A stretch of 64,000 nucleotides of DNA. Origin: Eledone cirrhosa. Taxonomy: Eukaryota. Below the pieces are notes generated by a model. That model was not told the DNA's origin, did no database searches, and worked only from the letters and a program-made list of their open reading frames with translations. Location of the stretch: NCBI GenBank assembly GCA_964016885.1, contig OZ024740.1:93310001-93374000 (forward strand), read 5' to 3'. The translations under genes and the position numbers were made by a program. Below are positions 1-13,318 of the stretch, one piece after another (within the stretch, counting starts at the first letter, position 1; each line of letters begins with the position of its first letter).

Positions 1-3000
1 AATACTCTCTCTATATATTTGAACAAATGTGTTTATCTAATATAATAACATGCTCTTAGTTACATTTATAAGTAAATTGGATACTCAAATGACTCTTTAG
101 CAGAAAGTGTACCAATTTAGCAGAGAGTTTATTTTAGAAGGTTGTAATGTTGCCACGAGGAACCACCTTTGGTAGAAAGATATGATATTTATATCGACAA
201 CGACTTTAGCTTGTTTTTACATAATTTGTTAACAAAGGTTAAGAAGTGAATTAAGTTGGCATGCCAAGAATAATGTAATAATTCAATTAAGATTCCAAGA
301 GAAAATACGGTCGACTGACTGAGGCGTTTGGCCAGGTCCGTAGTAAAATTGTTGTGTCGTTACATATTGTTTGTGCTTACGGAGCAAAAGAACAAGTGGT
401 CGAGCTGCAAGAGTTAGATTCCCCAAATCTTCGTGGGCTATCTCTCCCTCAGGACGCGTAGGCATACATTCTCTTCTCCTGGCGCTGATTGGCTGAGCTG
501 AGCCAAATCACGCACAGAGAATGTATGTGAGCCCGCGGTTTGTAGGTCACTACAACTCTCTATTGTTATTATTGTTAGATATTTCCTTAATAGTCTACAT
601 TATATAACGATTATTACTTAATTTAATTTAACTTATTTTAATTAAATTCGGGTTACGTTCGGGTCATTCAAATCCTTAGGTCCTATTTCTATCATCTTCG
701 TACAGACTTTAGAAGTGTTGTTAGTCTACTATTAAAAAAAAACTCTCTTGCATTTTAAACTATATTTGTTTGATATTGGGCACTTTTGTGATCGCAAACA
801 ATTCATTATTTTTACATTTTTTCACTTTTTATTTTGAATCTAGTCCTTATCCTTAGGACTCATGAAGTTTTAACTTGTATATTTATAGTATCTATCTATT
901 AAATGATCCTATTAAAAATAATTGATCTAGAACATTAATTTGAACATTATTTTCAGTAACTTATTTATTGTATTGTAATATGTTATGTCTAATTGAGAGG
1001 TATCATCTTAAGTCTTTAGACAATGAAATATTTGTGTATTTTTTGATAAACGCGTATATATAATTTAATAATCCAGCTTTTTTAAGTTTAATTATGAGGC
1101 ATGTTGATCCTTTAGGCATTCAAATTGTTAATCTTAAAATTCTTTAAAAAATATAACTAATTATTTTCTAAATTATATAATATAAACTATTTTCAATATA
1201 ATATAAATAATTTAATATTATATAATACACTTAGCAAAGTTTACCTTCGCGAGATTGTAAAAACATTATGTTTTGTTTCTCGTGTTTGTAAACCCATTAA
1301 ATTTGATTTCATAAAATTTGATTTTATGAATTAAATATGATAGTATACTTTAATATTAATACAGATATTTATTAACTTTTATTACCAGAAATATTATCCA
1401 TTACTCTGGACTAACACGAATTAAATGATTTGAATGTTAACGGTCAATCAGATATGTTTGGATATATATTGCATATATAGATAATTGTCTAAGAACTTGG
1501 TATTAACCTTCATATGAATACACCCTATTATATTTAAAATTCCGATTGTTGAATATTTTTAGATATTTCAATAATTCAATGAATTGAGTTTTTTCCTTTT
1601 TTCCTAAAGCTAAGTCCAAATGTTGTTCTGATTTAATATCTCCCTATATTATTACATTATAAAAGTTATTCCTCTTTATCTCTCTCTCTGTAATCAACTC
1701 TCTTTTGTTTTCTAGGCTCCTACTAGCTACATTATCCCCTCATCTGTGTCTTCCTCTATGCCTTTCTTTTCTTTCCTCTTTCTTCAGTAATTTAAATTAT
1801 TTGAATCATTAACAGTTATATTGCTGCCATGTATTTTTTTTAGCTTTCTCACACGCACCCTCTCTATTATATGTATTATATGTATTTTCTTTTTGTTTTT
1901 CATGTTTTCAATATTAAGGTATATAACTATTGAGTTATGTCATACATTACTCAATACCATAACTGAATCTTAACCATCTACTATGTCAGGGTATGTCATG
2001 CTTCATCTTATTTTATCTGATGAGGACGTACTGTTGAAGTTAACTCAGTTCATCTGATATATGTATAATACAATATACATGATCACAATATTATATATTT
2101 TGTTAATATTTTGAATTAATATTAATAACTCCGGAAAACCGTTTCTCTTGAGTGTTTCCAATCTATTGTAAGACTCATTCTTTGATTTATTCATTGAACC
2201 TTGTTTAACCTTTAAATATATCTAGCTCCCAGCAGGTTGAGCAATTTTCTCTACAATAGATTGCATATTTAATAAATAATGGAATTCTTCACCTTCCCAA
2301 CATCTCTCAAAGATATACCTATACCATCTAACGAAGAATACATGGGGAAACTTATAGAACAAACAAACTCGTTTATAAGAAGCGTGAGATGACGCGCATT
2401 TCATTTCGATAATAAAGAAGCTAAAAAGAAAAAGCTACAGCAATTATTTCGTAACTATCTTTAAATCCATAAAAAAATCATCAATACAACCAACTCATGG
2501 AGGAATTTGAAACTGAAATGCTCAATATACTTAAGAAAATTAAATTCAGGAAAAAAACCATATAAAGGTCACCAATACTTTAGAACTCTAAAACAAAAAA
2601 TCTCGGATATAAAAAAAGTTAATAAAATATTTGTGAAATCTGACAAAACCAATAATTTATATGGGATAAATAAAGGTGAATATAATGATTTGATTTTAAA
2701 AGAACTAACGTAAAATTATAGAAAAGCCCCGGCCGAAGATCTTATAGACATCAATAATTATGCATATAAATTAATAAAGCTTAATGACCACAAAAGAAAC
2801 TTTGAGGAAGACCTGCCAGTTAGACTGATTGCTCCATCTAAATCGGATATTGCAGTAATCAGTAAGAATATTATTGATATAATTCTACCTATTCTGAAAT
2901 TGAGGTCTAAATTGAGCTTATGGAAGGTCACCAATGAAGTGATAGATTGGTTCAAAGATATAGATGATAAGAAATACCACAAATTTATACACATGGACAT

Positions 3001-5184
3001 AGCAAGCTATTACTCTTCCATTAGACCTAAGCTATTAAATAATGCTTTATCCTACGCTTACAAGCATACAGATCTAACTAAGGATGACATCGATATCATA
3101 TTAACTGCTAGAAGAACTGTAATTATTTTCAACAATGAGTTTTGGACGCGCTCGGATAGAAATAGAAACTTTAACATTACCATGGGATCATCGGACTCAG
3201 CGCAAGTCACGGATCTTCTGGGGATTTTCATCTTAAATATGGTAAATAGAAAACTGCCGGAGATTACCGGTGGTTTATATAGTGATGATATTTTATTTAC
3301 GGTTGTCAAACACAGGAATAGAGTAATAAATAGGATTAAGAAAAATATAATTGAATTCTTTAAAAATTACGACCTTAAATTAGAGGTTGAAAGTGGTACC
3401 AAAATAGTTAATTTCCTTGATGTTACCCTTAACTTAAACTCTGATTTGTATTACCCTTTCCATAACCCCAATGAAAACTTAAATTATGTTAGTTAAAACT
3501 GTAGTAACCCTAAATCTGTGAAAAATTCAATTCTCAATAGTGTACAGAAAAGCATAACTAGAATATCTGCTAATAAATCCATATTTGATAAAAAAGCAGG
3601 ATATTACAATGATGCGCTAAGAAAGGCAGGTTATACAAATAATATAGAATATATAGACAATAATAATTTGAGTCTTAATCCTGATAAAAATAATAATATG
3701 TCTGACGTGTATAAACGAAATTCTAAAAATTATAATTCAAACACCTGTACTTTGAATAAATTGGGGAAAAACACCAGAATTAAATCAGTTATATGGTTCC
3801 CCGACTCACCCCTGCTTCTGTAGCAATAAAAACCCAACTCGCTAATCTATTCTTTAAAGCTTTAGATAATTCCCTCCCTATTCAACCTAAATACCGTTCC
3901 ATATTTAATACACACACAATTAAGCTTTCCTATTCTACAACTATGAATATGGCCCAAAACATCGCTAAATTAAATAGTATAAGTCTAAACGAGAATCAGC
4001 ATACTTTTAACAAAAGGGAATATAATAACACTAACACTATTGATACTATGAGTAACATTAACAGCAATATAAGCACTATCAATAGAACATTTCGATGTAA
4101 TAATAGTGTTAATATACATTATAATGATAATAAATCGAAATGTAATTGTAGAAATAAACCAGATTGCCTTCTGCAAAATAATTGTCTGGATAGAAATTTG
4201 GTGAATAAATGCACCGTAAAAGCAAATAACATCACATACAACTATACAGGGGCAACTTCTTCGACATTTAAATCGATATTTGGGAATCACAAATGCTCTT
4301 TTCGAATCCTAATAGGAAGTCTTCGCTTTCTCTATCACAATTTATATGGTCATTAAAAGACAAACATTTAAAATACTTGATTTTTGGAACGAAACTATGT
4401 AACAGTAGAATCTACTCGAATTCGTCAATATCACTAACTGCAACCTCTGTACTATGGAGACCCTTTTAATAATTACTAATTATGAAAACTTAATTAACAA
4501 AAAAAGTTAATTATTCTCAAACTGCCTTCATAAAGCTTTGTTTACATTCAAAGCCTCGCAAAAGGCCAGGAAAAAAAACTAAATAAACAGGTTTTAATTT
4601 TTGACATCTCTTATCAACTGTGTACCTAAAACGTTATGACAGATTATAAAACTTTAATAATGTTTTATTTTCTATTCATTTATGATATAATTAATGTTAG
4701 ACTGAAGGGTCCTGTTTAGGTATATAAACATATTATTTGTTAACTTGTTCTCTTGATGAATATGCACACCTTTGGATTATTTTAGATATATAAAATTTAG
4801 ATCGTGATGCTTTTATATTTATTTTTGTTTTTGTTTTAAATATATAATTTGGATATATAACTTATAAGATTACCAGTTATAATTGAACCGTAAATCATTC
4901 CTGTATTTATATATTTTACTCATTTTGAGTATTTGGGATTCAGAAAGTTAGATTTATAATTATATATGTTTTCATATATATTTAGGTATAAATGTCACAA
5001 ATAATACTAGTCAAAAAATATTAGTCTTTCTTTCCACTGAACTGGATGTAAAACTACAATTATAACATTACTAAAAATAATTGTAATTATTTATTAATTA
5101 TATGTATATCGTTTCACTAATGCCTATAATACTATATCTATATATTTGAACAAATGTGTTTATCTAATATGCTCCTAGTTACAT
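1..5184 (+). mobile_element. Penelope-like retroelement, Naiad-type, decayed near-full-length copy with direct terminal repeat (pLTR-like)
   Basis: 1-65 is repeated directly at 5128-5184 (aatact..ctatatatttgaacaaatgtgtttatctaata..tgctc.tagttacat). It encloses a fragmented RT + GIY-YIG frame. The downstream repeat is cut at 5184 by unrelated sequence. Confidence 0.85.
2279..4582 (+). pseudogene. Naiad-type PLE ORF (reverse transcriptase + C-terminal GIY-YIG endonuclease), with stops and frameshifts
   Basis: ATG 2279 MEFFTFPTSLKDIPIPSNEEYMGKLIEQTNSFIRSVR*RAF, then KSDKTNNLY, LPVRLIAPSKSDI, FIHMDIASYYSSI, ITMGSSDSAQVTDLLG, GGLYSDD, VNFLDVTLNL, IFNTHTIKLSYS, CNCRNKPDCLLQNNC, YTGATSSTFK..HKCSF, CNLC and CLH. 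ORF-track pieces span 2507-4356. Confidence 0.9.
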
Positions 5185-5399
5185 CGGGTTGAGTGCTTAA
5201 TTCAGTTTGCTCATAATTTGAATTTGACCGCCATAAACCACGTGTTAGCTCCCTTAGGAGAATCATGTGCTCTGACAACCGGTCTGGCGTCAGAGCGGAG
5301 CCTGTTGTGAAAGTAAATCCTCTGTTCGATCTTCCAGAAACTTAACTTGCATACACCGCAAGCGGATTTTGTAGATTTCGGATTTACAGAAACGTAACG

Positions 5400-7700
5400 G
5401 TTGCACGTATGTTGGCGTAGGTGGTCGCGGGTGGTTGAGCTGTTCGGAGAAATGGTCCCGCAATCGGACTAGCCGGTCATTAAGATCGGTAAGCACACCC
5501 CGTTCCGATCAGGTATCGTCTCTCTGATACCCATACTGCTTCGGGTGGCCCGCTTCGCCAGTTGGTATAGCTTGCGCGAGTCACCACAGGCTGCTGCCCT
5601 CTCCGTCTGCTCCGCACACTCGCGTCAGTGTGCATTCCGATCGGCTCGAATATCCCGAGATGTGCGACGTCGGAGATCTCGAAGATTGGGTACATCCTGG
5701 AGTCGGGCCACTCTCGCCCTCCCCGCTAGTTCGAGAGTGCCGCCGGAGATCCAGTTGCGATGGCGTCATTGGGTTGACCCGAGATGCTCTCTGGCCACCT
5801 CAAGCGTCACCGCCTTGAGCGCGTTCCACTCCTGCTCCGGTTGCTGTTCCACTTCGTTCCTCAGTATTTGGACACGGTTTCGCATCTCTAGGCGGGAAGC
5901 ATTTCCAGCATCGAGCTTGAGTCGCGAGATGTCGATCATTTTCTGGCGGTTGTGTGGAGGTTTCGCCTGCAGCCGCAGACGAAGCGTTGCTCGAACAAGA
6001 GTATGGTTTGACCCATGTTCACTGCTTGTGTCAGCCTCTCGATACTCACGCGAGTACATCACTGAGCTGGCCCACCGAGATCTGACCAGGATGTAGTCAA
6101 TCTGATTGGCCGTTCTTCCGTCATTGTATCGCCACGTGACGAGGTGACGCCGAGCATGCTGGAACTGGGCGTTGGTGACGATAAGACGATTTGCATCCGC
6201 GAAGGACACGAGCCGTTCACCATTATCACAGCGTACGCCTAGGGTGAAGCGTTCTAGAATATGCCTTGTTGTATCATCAGCCGGCCCTGTCCGCGCATTC
6301 CAATCCCCAGCAACAATGAGAACATCACGGCAGGGGACGCCATCCACGATTGTATGGAGTTCGGCATAGAACTGCGTCTTGTCCGCCTTGTCCGCATTGA
6401 CTGTGGGAGCGTAGACGGCAAATACGCTGACGTTGGAGATTTTTACCCTTCAATCGAACCAGCACGAGTCGGTGTGAGATCAGCTGCCACGCCAGCAGAG
6501 CCGCTGATCCTTCGGGGCTGAGCGCTACAGCGACCCCGTGAATGCCACTGTTGTCAGTCACGCCACTGTGGTACAAGTGGTAGGAGATGTCCTCGCCAGG
6601 AACTTTGATCGGAAGATGATCAACATCGGTAAGTAGAACGTCTGAAAGGCAACAGACACTAAAGCTGTACCTGTGTAGAGCCTTCAATGTAAGTGATTGG
6701 ACACCGTCATCAGGAAGTGTTCGGACGTTCCAGTACGCCACCTTCAATTCCTTCCTTCGTCTGAAGAGCGGGACTACTGCTGGAGTAGTCTTTAGAGACA
6801 TAGCGGCAGGAGCGCTGTTGCTTTGCATTGCGTTCGTAGCGGGAAGGCAATTCGTATTCATAGTTCGTATTTGTAGGATTCATGGAAGAATTGTCATGGG
6901 AGTAGTAAATTCACAAGCGGTCCCCTCCAAAACCCGTATGTATATCCCGAACTAGAGTAAAACAGGTTCTGTTTGCTGCAGATTCTCCACAGACGCAGGG
7001 ACAGAAACGAACCGAATCCGCCGGTTGGCGGAACAGATACCTCTTGGATTTACACTAGAGCCCCTTTTGCCGTGTTGCGGCCCTAATACCGCTGGGTGCC
7101 AGACTAAGCAGACATATTCTTGTGGGAAGCCACCCGGCTTGAGGCGGGAGTAGTCGTCCATTGGGACACAATAATCTCTCCCTCCCGCAAACTAACCCGC
7201 AACACCCTATTCCGTACGGCAAATGGGGTTTGAACGTAGAACTACTAAACTGCTACCTTTGGTATTGCTTTCTCTCATGAGGGTGAGGCTGGAGTGTCAT
7301 TTCTATGGAGCAAGCCTGCATAGAGGTCTTGGTTTGCTTAGTTGTCAGAGTACCCCTCTCCCCCTTACTGGTGTGGTCCAAAGGAATACGGAGTATTACA
7401 TTTGGAACCAGGTTGGTTGCAGAAGTTGCAAAAACGGTGTTTGCAAGAGATTGGATAGAATTTGGGGCCCCACCCTTCATTCGTAAGGTTTACTCGTCCA
7501 AACCTGATCGTTGAGTAAAATAGGAACTCTTCCTCACTAGCCATTGTATATCAGTTGCAGTTCTTCCGCTTAGTGGTGCAGTGTAAACATCTCCACCTCA
7601 CAGGGACTAAACCGCCTGCTATAATGGTGAACCGCGGGGGGGGGGTGCTAGGGGCCAGCACATGAGATGTGTCTGCCAATTCTACCACGAAGTTGAACTG
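5400..7700 (-). mobile_element. RTE-clade non-LTR retrotransposon, 5' half only (5' UTR + APE endonuclease + start of linker)
   Basis: Minus frames 6325-6861 (LKVAYWNVRTL, GIHGVAVAL), 5766-6347 (AGDWNARTG, NQIDYILV, GSNHTLVRA) and 5290-5496 (RLRDHFSEQLNHP). No RT motifs follow. GC-rich relative to flanks. Confidence 0.8.
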
Positions 7701-7749
7701 CAGCTGTCATATAACAAATGAATAATCTCTATCCAGAGCATCCGACACC

Positions 7750-8017
<268 letters not shown>

Positions 8018-8084
8018 TCGTTTCTGAAATTGTTTAGCAAGATTCTTTATCTGACAACATGTGTTGAAACCGATATTGTCATGC

Positions 8085-8492
8085 TTTCATGTTTCCAAAA
8101 AGAAACACACGCACCAGTTGTTCACTCCAATATTTATTATGAATTAAATTTATAAATTTAAGAATTTATAAGTTTCCAGTTGGTTGGCTGGTTCCATATC
8201 CGGACGGTTGTTCATATATTGTCAAAGTTCTTTCGTCACACATTCTGTTCTGTCCTACGCCATCAACATGGCGTAGGACAGTACAAAGCGGGTGGCAAAA
8301 AAAAAAGAAAAAATCCCCAGTCACTGAAGAGGTCACAGAATGTGTGACGAAAGAACTTTGACAATATATGAACAAGCGTCCGGCTATGGAACCAACCAAA
8401 CCAGAAATATATAAATTCTTAAATGTATGAATTGTATTTATAATAAATTGGAGTGAAAGCGTGTGTGCGTGTGTTTCTTATTGGTAACATGA
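8085..8492. mobile_element. Fold-back insert (probable PLE 3' end plus inverted copy)
   Basis: About 8085-8246 is the reverse complement of about 8336-8492. Inner perfect 14-bp hairpin CTGTCCTACGCCAT-caac-ATGGCGTAGGACAG at 8250-8281. Flanked by microsatellites. Confidence 0.75.
8320..8362 (+). ncRNA. Minimal type-I hammerhead ribozyme
   Basis: GTCA-CTGAAGA-g-GTCACA gaatg TGTGAC-GAA-AGAACT-T-TGAC: stem I GTCA/TGAC, stem II 6 bp, minimal stem III. Confidence 0.7.
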
Positions 8493-8510
8493 CCCTACCA
8501 AAGCATAAGA

Positions 8511-8708
<198 letters not shown>

Positions 8709-8874
8709 AGGATGAATATAAAATGAGAGTGCTTTTTTTAAAAAAGGAATTTATTAGGTATTGACATATGTTTCTGTAACAGACGGAATACCTATGTATC
8801 GCTGCTTGCGTAATCATATAATGTTAGCAAGTATTCGATAGTAAATGTATAATCAGTTGTCACTTCTTACAAAA

Positions 8875-9775
8875 ACATATGATTTGTATACATAGTTTTT
8901 TATAGATATGTGGAATAACCTATGGTTTATGCTTTAAATATATACTTAAGATCAATTTTGTTAATGTTTTAATATTAATGTTAATGTTTTAACTTTATAG
9001 CAAGTAAATTTATGACTTCGTATAAAATAACATATGGTTCATGTTTTAATTATATTCTTAAGATAACACATTTTTAACTTTTTTAACTTCATATCATTTA
9101 ATCCTTAGAGTCATCGGATTTCTTTAAAAAATCACTTCTAACTTCCTTTACACCTCCTTACAATCTTTTATAATATAAGTGGCTATTCTTTTGTAAACTC
9201 TCGTAAATCTTTCATAAATTTAGAATTATCTGGATGTTTAAATGTTGACTTACAACTTTTAATAAAATAAACTATACTAGTTTTGCTCTAATCTAAAATA
9301 CTATATATTTATTGAAATAATTTCTAATCCTTAACATTTAAACTAACTATTAATATTAAATTATTAAATTAAATATTTAATATTAAGGTACATTTTAATC
9401 TTTAATTTTGATTCCTAATTTTTAATTTTAATTTAATTTTAATCTAATTTTTCGACCCATCATTATAAGTATTATAATCAAAACGTAATGAATCCTGCAT
9501 TATAAATATTATTCTTCCACGCTATTCTCATTTATTCTCTCAATTAGATATACTTACGCTGTCAATATTTATATTTGTTTTATCTTTCATATCTCCAAAG
9601 GAGTTTAATATATATATCCAAATGTTTATATATATGTGGAAAGACATATGATTTTTATATATAGGTTTTTGTATAGATATGTTGAATAACCTATGGTTTA
9701 TGCCTTAAATATATTCTTAAGATACATTTTTTTAAATGTTTTAATTTGAATGTTGATGTTTTATCTTTATAGCAA
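8875..9775 (+). repeat. About 130-bp diverged direct repeat (8875-9003 and 9646-9774)
   Basis: Both copies read catatgattt..tatagatatgt.gaataacctatggtttatgc.ttaaatata..cttaaga..ctttatagcaa. Confidence 0.7.
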
Positions 9776-9908
9776 TACTTTTGAATACTCACTCATCATT
9801 TTGTATCACCCTCAATAAATGTACTATCACCACTATCCAGGAAGCTCCGGCCGTTAAGGTTGTCTTTTTTTTCCGGGTATGTCAATATTTATTTAGAAAA
9901 CAAATCTG

Positions 9909-9974
9909 TATTTTATCTGATAAAAGCGCACCATAATTTGCCTTGGTAGCCCTTGAAATATGTATAATAAAATA
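9909..9974 (+). ncRNA. Hammerhead ribozyme motif, G8>A (probably inactive)
   Basis: TATTTTAT-CTGATAA-stem II(..CACCA/TGGT..)-GAAA-TATGTA-TA-ATAAAATA; perfect 8-bp stem I. Same family as 10307 and 36498. Confidence 0.65.
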
Positions 9975-10149
9975 AATATGGTTTTATAAATATAGTTTCC
10001 ATTTATTAATATATTGTATATTTAATCCACTTATATGTTGAGTGCTTTATATCAGTTATACAGATTTTAAAATCAAATATAACCTCTGCATATATATATA
10101 CATACACACACACATATATATGTATATATATATATATATATATAAATAT

Positions 10150-10492
10150 ATATATTTCAAGGATACCAAGTTACGTTATGGTATGCCTTCATCAGGCAAA
10201 ATACAATATATAACAGTTTTATAAATAGACATTGACGTACCCCTTTAACAATTGACCGTTACTTTTGGAAGCCGTCAATGTCTATTTATAAAACCGTTAT
10301 ATATTGTATTTTGTCTGATGAAGGCATATGTAACTTGGTATCCTTGAAATATATATAATGAAATAAATATGGTTTTATAAATATAGTTTCCATTTATTAA
10401 TATTGTATATCTACTCCAAATATTTGTCGAGTGCTTTATATCAGTGATAAAAATATTTGCTTGTTGTATCCAAACAATTTAAATAGAACTTT

Positions 10493-10495
<3 letters not shown>
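10150..10495. mobile_element. Fold-back insert with HHR in both arms
   Basis: 10150-10237 is inverted at 10273-10356. The downstream part resembles 9975-10090 and 36565-36700. (TA)n on both sides. Confidence 0.8.
10307..10365 (+). ncRNA. Hammerhead ribozyme motif (inverted partner at about 10150-10203, minus strand)
   Basis: TATTTTGT-CTGATGA-AGG..CCTT-GAA-ATATATAT-A-ATGAAATA; palindromic stem III. The minus copy keeps the full stem II AGGCATACCA/TGGTATCCTT. Confidence 0.75.
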
Positions 10496-10553
<58 letters not shown>

Positions 10554-11030
10554 CATATTGTTCAGTATGTAATTATGTAGATATGAATTTTAGTAAAATT
10601 ATTTTAAGTCAGATTTCCCAATAGGTTTATCAATGTCACATAGAGTTCAGTCTCATATATCTGTTTCAGCTACAGTGCAATAACAAATAATGCAATTATA
10701 AATTAACAGCCAGTGTCAATTTTAGAGACACGAAATACACAGGGGTATAATGTAAACGGATGAAATGTGAGAAATGTTATTCATTTCAATATTGGTCTTA
10801 AATATAATTGATTTCAAAAAGGAAACTAAGATCTACATCAAATTTCATTTGTATATATCAATATACGTAATACTTTAAATCATGCTATGATATATCGATG
10901 GAATAACATTTGCACTCGAAATATTACTTGATATTTTATATTGCTTTTGACATTTAAATACGTTTATGATGTATTTTTATATATGTCTAGACATATTTAT
11001 TTGTATTTATTAATATATATTTTAAGTAAT

Positions 11031-11248
<218 letters not shown>

Positions 11249-11250
11249 AG

Positions 11251-12134
11251 TACCAACTCCTAAACAAAAAGACGAACTGCTAACCACATGCAAACACAGA
11301 TTGTGTAGGACTTACCTCGCCCTCAAACCCCATAACGACCCGGGTGGGTATACAAGGGTTGTTATCCCCCCACCTCCCTGCCGAATAAATTAGGGGAATC
11401 CCAACTTACATAGGTAGATATATCTCTTTTCTTTTCCTCTTCGTCTACTTCTTCACCCTCTCTCATCTTATCACTTCTTTCCACCCCCTATTCTCTTCTA
11501 TGTCTGCTTTTCCTCTTTCGCCTACTTCGATGCAGCCTATCGGGCCTCTGTAGCGTCAGGTCCCCTACCCTTGTAATTTTATGATAGTATTGGCCGAATA
11601 CGTTTTACTAACTACTTATAGCAGATGTTTAAACCCATTTAATGTTGTATCAGTTTTGTTACTACTTAAGTGTTTTCTATTCTCAACTTATTAACCTGTA
11701 ATTGTAAGATAGCATTGTGATTTATTTTATTAATTTCTCACTATCTAATTTTATATATGTTTTTATTGCTTTCTTTTATCTTTATTGTCTCCTATTCTCA
11801 TTCGATTTACCTATTCTATAAGATCCCTCCTCCACTTCGTACACTAATCTGCTGTATACATATCACTTTCAACGATTGACCGCTCCACTCACTCCCCTAT
11901 TGTTCTACAGGCAAGTTCAGCCACCACTACCTCCCACCAAATACCATGATAGACTTATTTGTGTTTATAGCACATTTTAAACAATCCTCTTGACAACTAA
12001 ATTCTTCCAATATAAGGAAGTACCCTCTTGACAAGTTAGGCGGCTATTTATTCACCAGGCTAAACATTCTAATTTAGTCCAGAAATAGCCGTCGAATTGG
12101 CTTGATCTCTGCCGTCGTGGTCATACTTTTTCCT
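11251..12134 (+). mobile_element. Naiad-type PLE extreme 3' fragment (end of GIY-YIG + 3' UTR with HHR)
   Basis: [15 protein letters not shown] (one frameshift) matches the LNKxxELxxxCxH terminus of the other Naiad ORFs here; the fragment ends in an HHR. Confidence 0.6.
12022..12121 (+). ncRNA. Hammerhead-like motif, U3-A8 core, long stem II, partly decayed
   Basis: ACCCTC-TTGACAA-gtta-GGCGGCTATTT..AAATAGCCGTC-GAA(tt)GGC ttgatctct GCCG-TC-GTGGT. Homologues at 37360-37400, 38232-38250 and 42125-42200. Confidence 0.55.
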
Positions 12135-12160
12135 ATATATATATATATATATATATATAT

Positions 12161-13064
12161 AATGTATAATAAAGAATACATATATAATTACCCATTACCA
12201 GAGGTTTCCCGAATAAGACGAATACGAAAAAAATGCTCTCATTCGTTCGTCGGACAAGGTAATATAAAACATAGTGAACTATTTGGAAAGTCTCCTCAAG
12301 AAATGCAAAAAATATATAAATAAAAGTAATGCAAGAGATATATTAAAAAATATAAAAAAATATATAAAAAATACAAGGAAATATGGTTAGGTATGTGTAT
12401 ATGTATGTATATACTTTCTCTTTCATTTAAAAATGTGTTTCATTCTCATATACTGTTTCATTTTTATACATATATCGAGAATTACACTTCTTTTCACTAT
12501 TACACTCCCTACCCTCTTTATCTTCCGCATATAAGTGACCGTCTGTGTGTGTTTATACGCGTGCTTTCATACTCGTATGTGTATTTAATACCTGTATCTG
12601 GATGCGCGTCAACTATATTATCATTTTCTTTTTCAATTCATATTTTACCCGTATTTGCCCCCATATATGTACTTACGCACACATTTTCACCATACACATG
12701 CATTTGTACATACACACATATGTACATTTGTGAGTGTATATACATACATATACACATACCTAACTATATTTCCTTATATTTTTTATATATTTTTTAATAT
12801 TTTTTAATATATCTCTTGCATTACTTTTATTTATATATTTTTTGCATTTCTTGAAGAGACTTTCCAAATATTTCACTATGATTTATATTACCTTGTCCGA
12901 CGAACGAATGAGGAGTTTTTTTTCGAATTCCTCTTATTCGGGAAACCTCTGGTAATGAGGTAATTACATTGTATTTTTTATTATACATTAAATTTTGCTC
13001 TGGTACTCACATAGTTCACTCTTCACTCCCGTGACTTTTTCAATTTTCAACGGAAACTTCAAAA

Positions 13065-13067
<3 letters not shown>
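12161..13067 (+). mobile_element. Fold-back PLE 3'-end insert (same family as the 3' UTR of 17871-19835)
   Basis: 12161-12414 is inverted at 12735-12990. 12415-12990 is similar to 19290-19835. Flanked by (TA)n. Confidence 0.8.
12891..12968 (+). ncRNA. Hammerhead-like motif with CCGACGA core (inverted partner about 12185-12260)
   Basis: CCGACGA-A-CGAATGAG..CTTATTCG-G-GAA-ACCTC tggtaat GAGGT-A; stem I weak. Confidence 0.5.
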
Positions 13068-13160
<93 letters not shown>

Positions 13161-13270
13161 TAGAGAGAGAAAATTGGGGTTGGTAATGGCACATGGAATA
13201 TATAAGAGACAGAATACTTTTTTGTGAAAAAACATAATTTTATAAGGTAAGGAAATAATAAAGGGTATAA

Positions 13271-13318
13271 AAAATGACCGGTTTCGATGGGTCTGCAAAA
13301 GCCATCTTTTCAAATGTT
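13271..13318 (-). ncRNA. Minimal hammerhead ribozyme, U3-A8 core, GUC cleavage triplet
   Basis: Minus strand: aacat-TTGAAAA-GATGG cttttgcagac CCATC-GAA-ACCGGT-C-atttt; perfect 5-bp stem II and palindromic stem III. Confidence 0.8.

Noticed and set aside
190-360. HHR-like pairing in the Naiad upstream repeat (GAAA-ATACGG..CCGTAG-TA with a long stem I)
   Set aside because: No CTGANGA or TTGANAA core is found at the required position
7563-7665. Possible HDV-like ribozyme at the RTE 5' end (minus: CCGC..ACTAA-GCGG)
   Set aside because: P2 and J4/2-like parts are present but P3/L3 and P1 could not be paired convincingly by eye; needs a descriptor search
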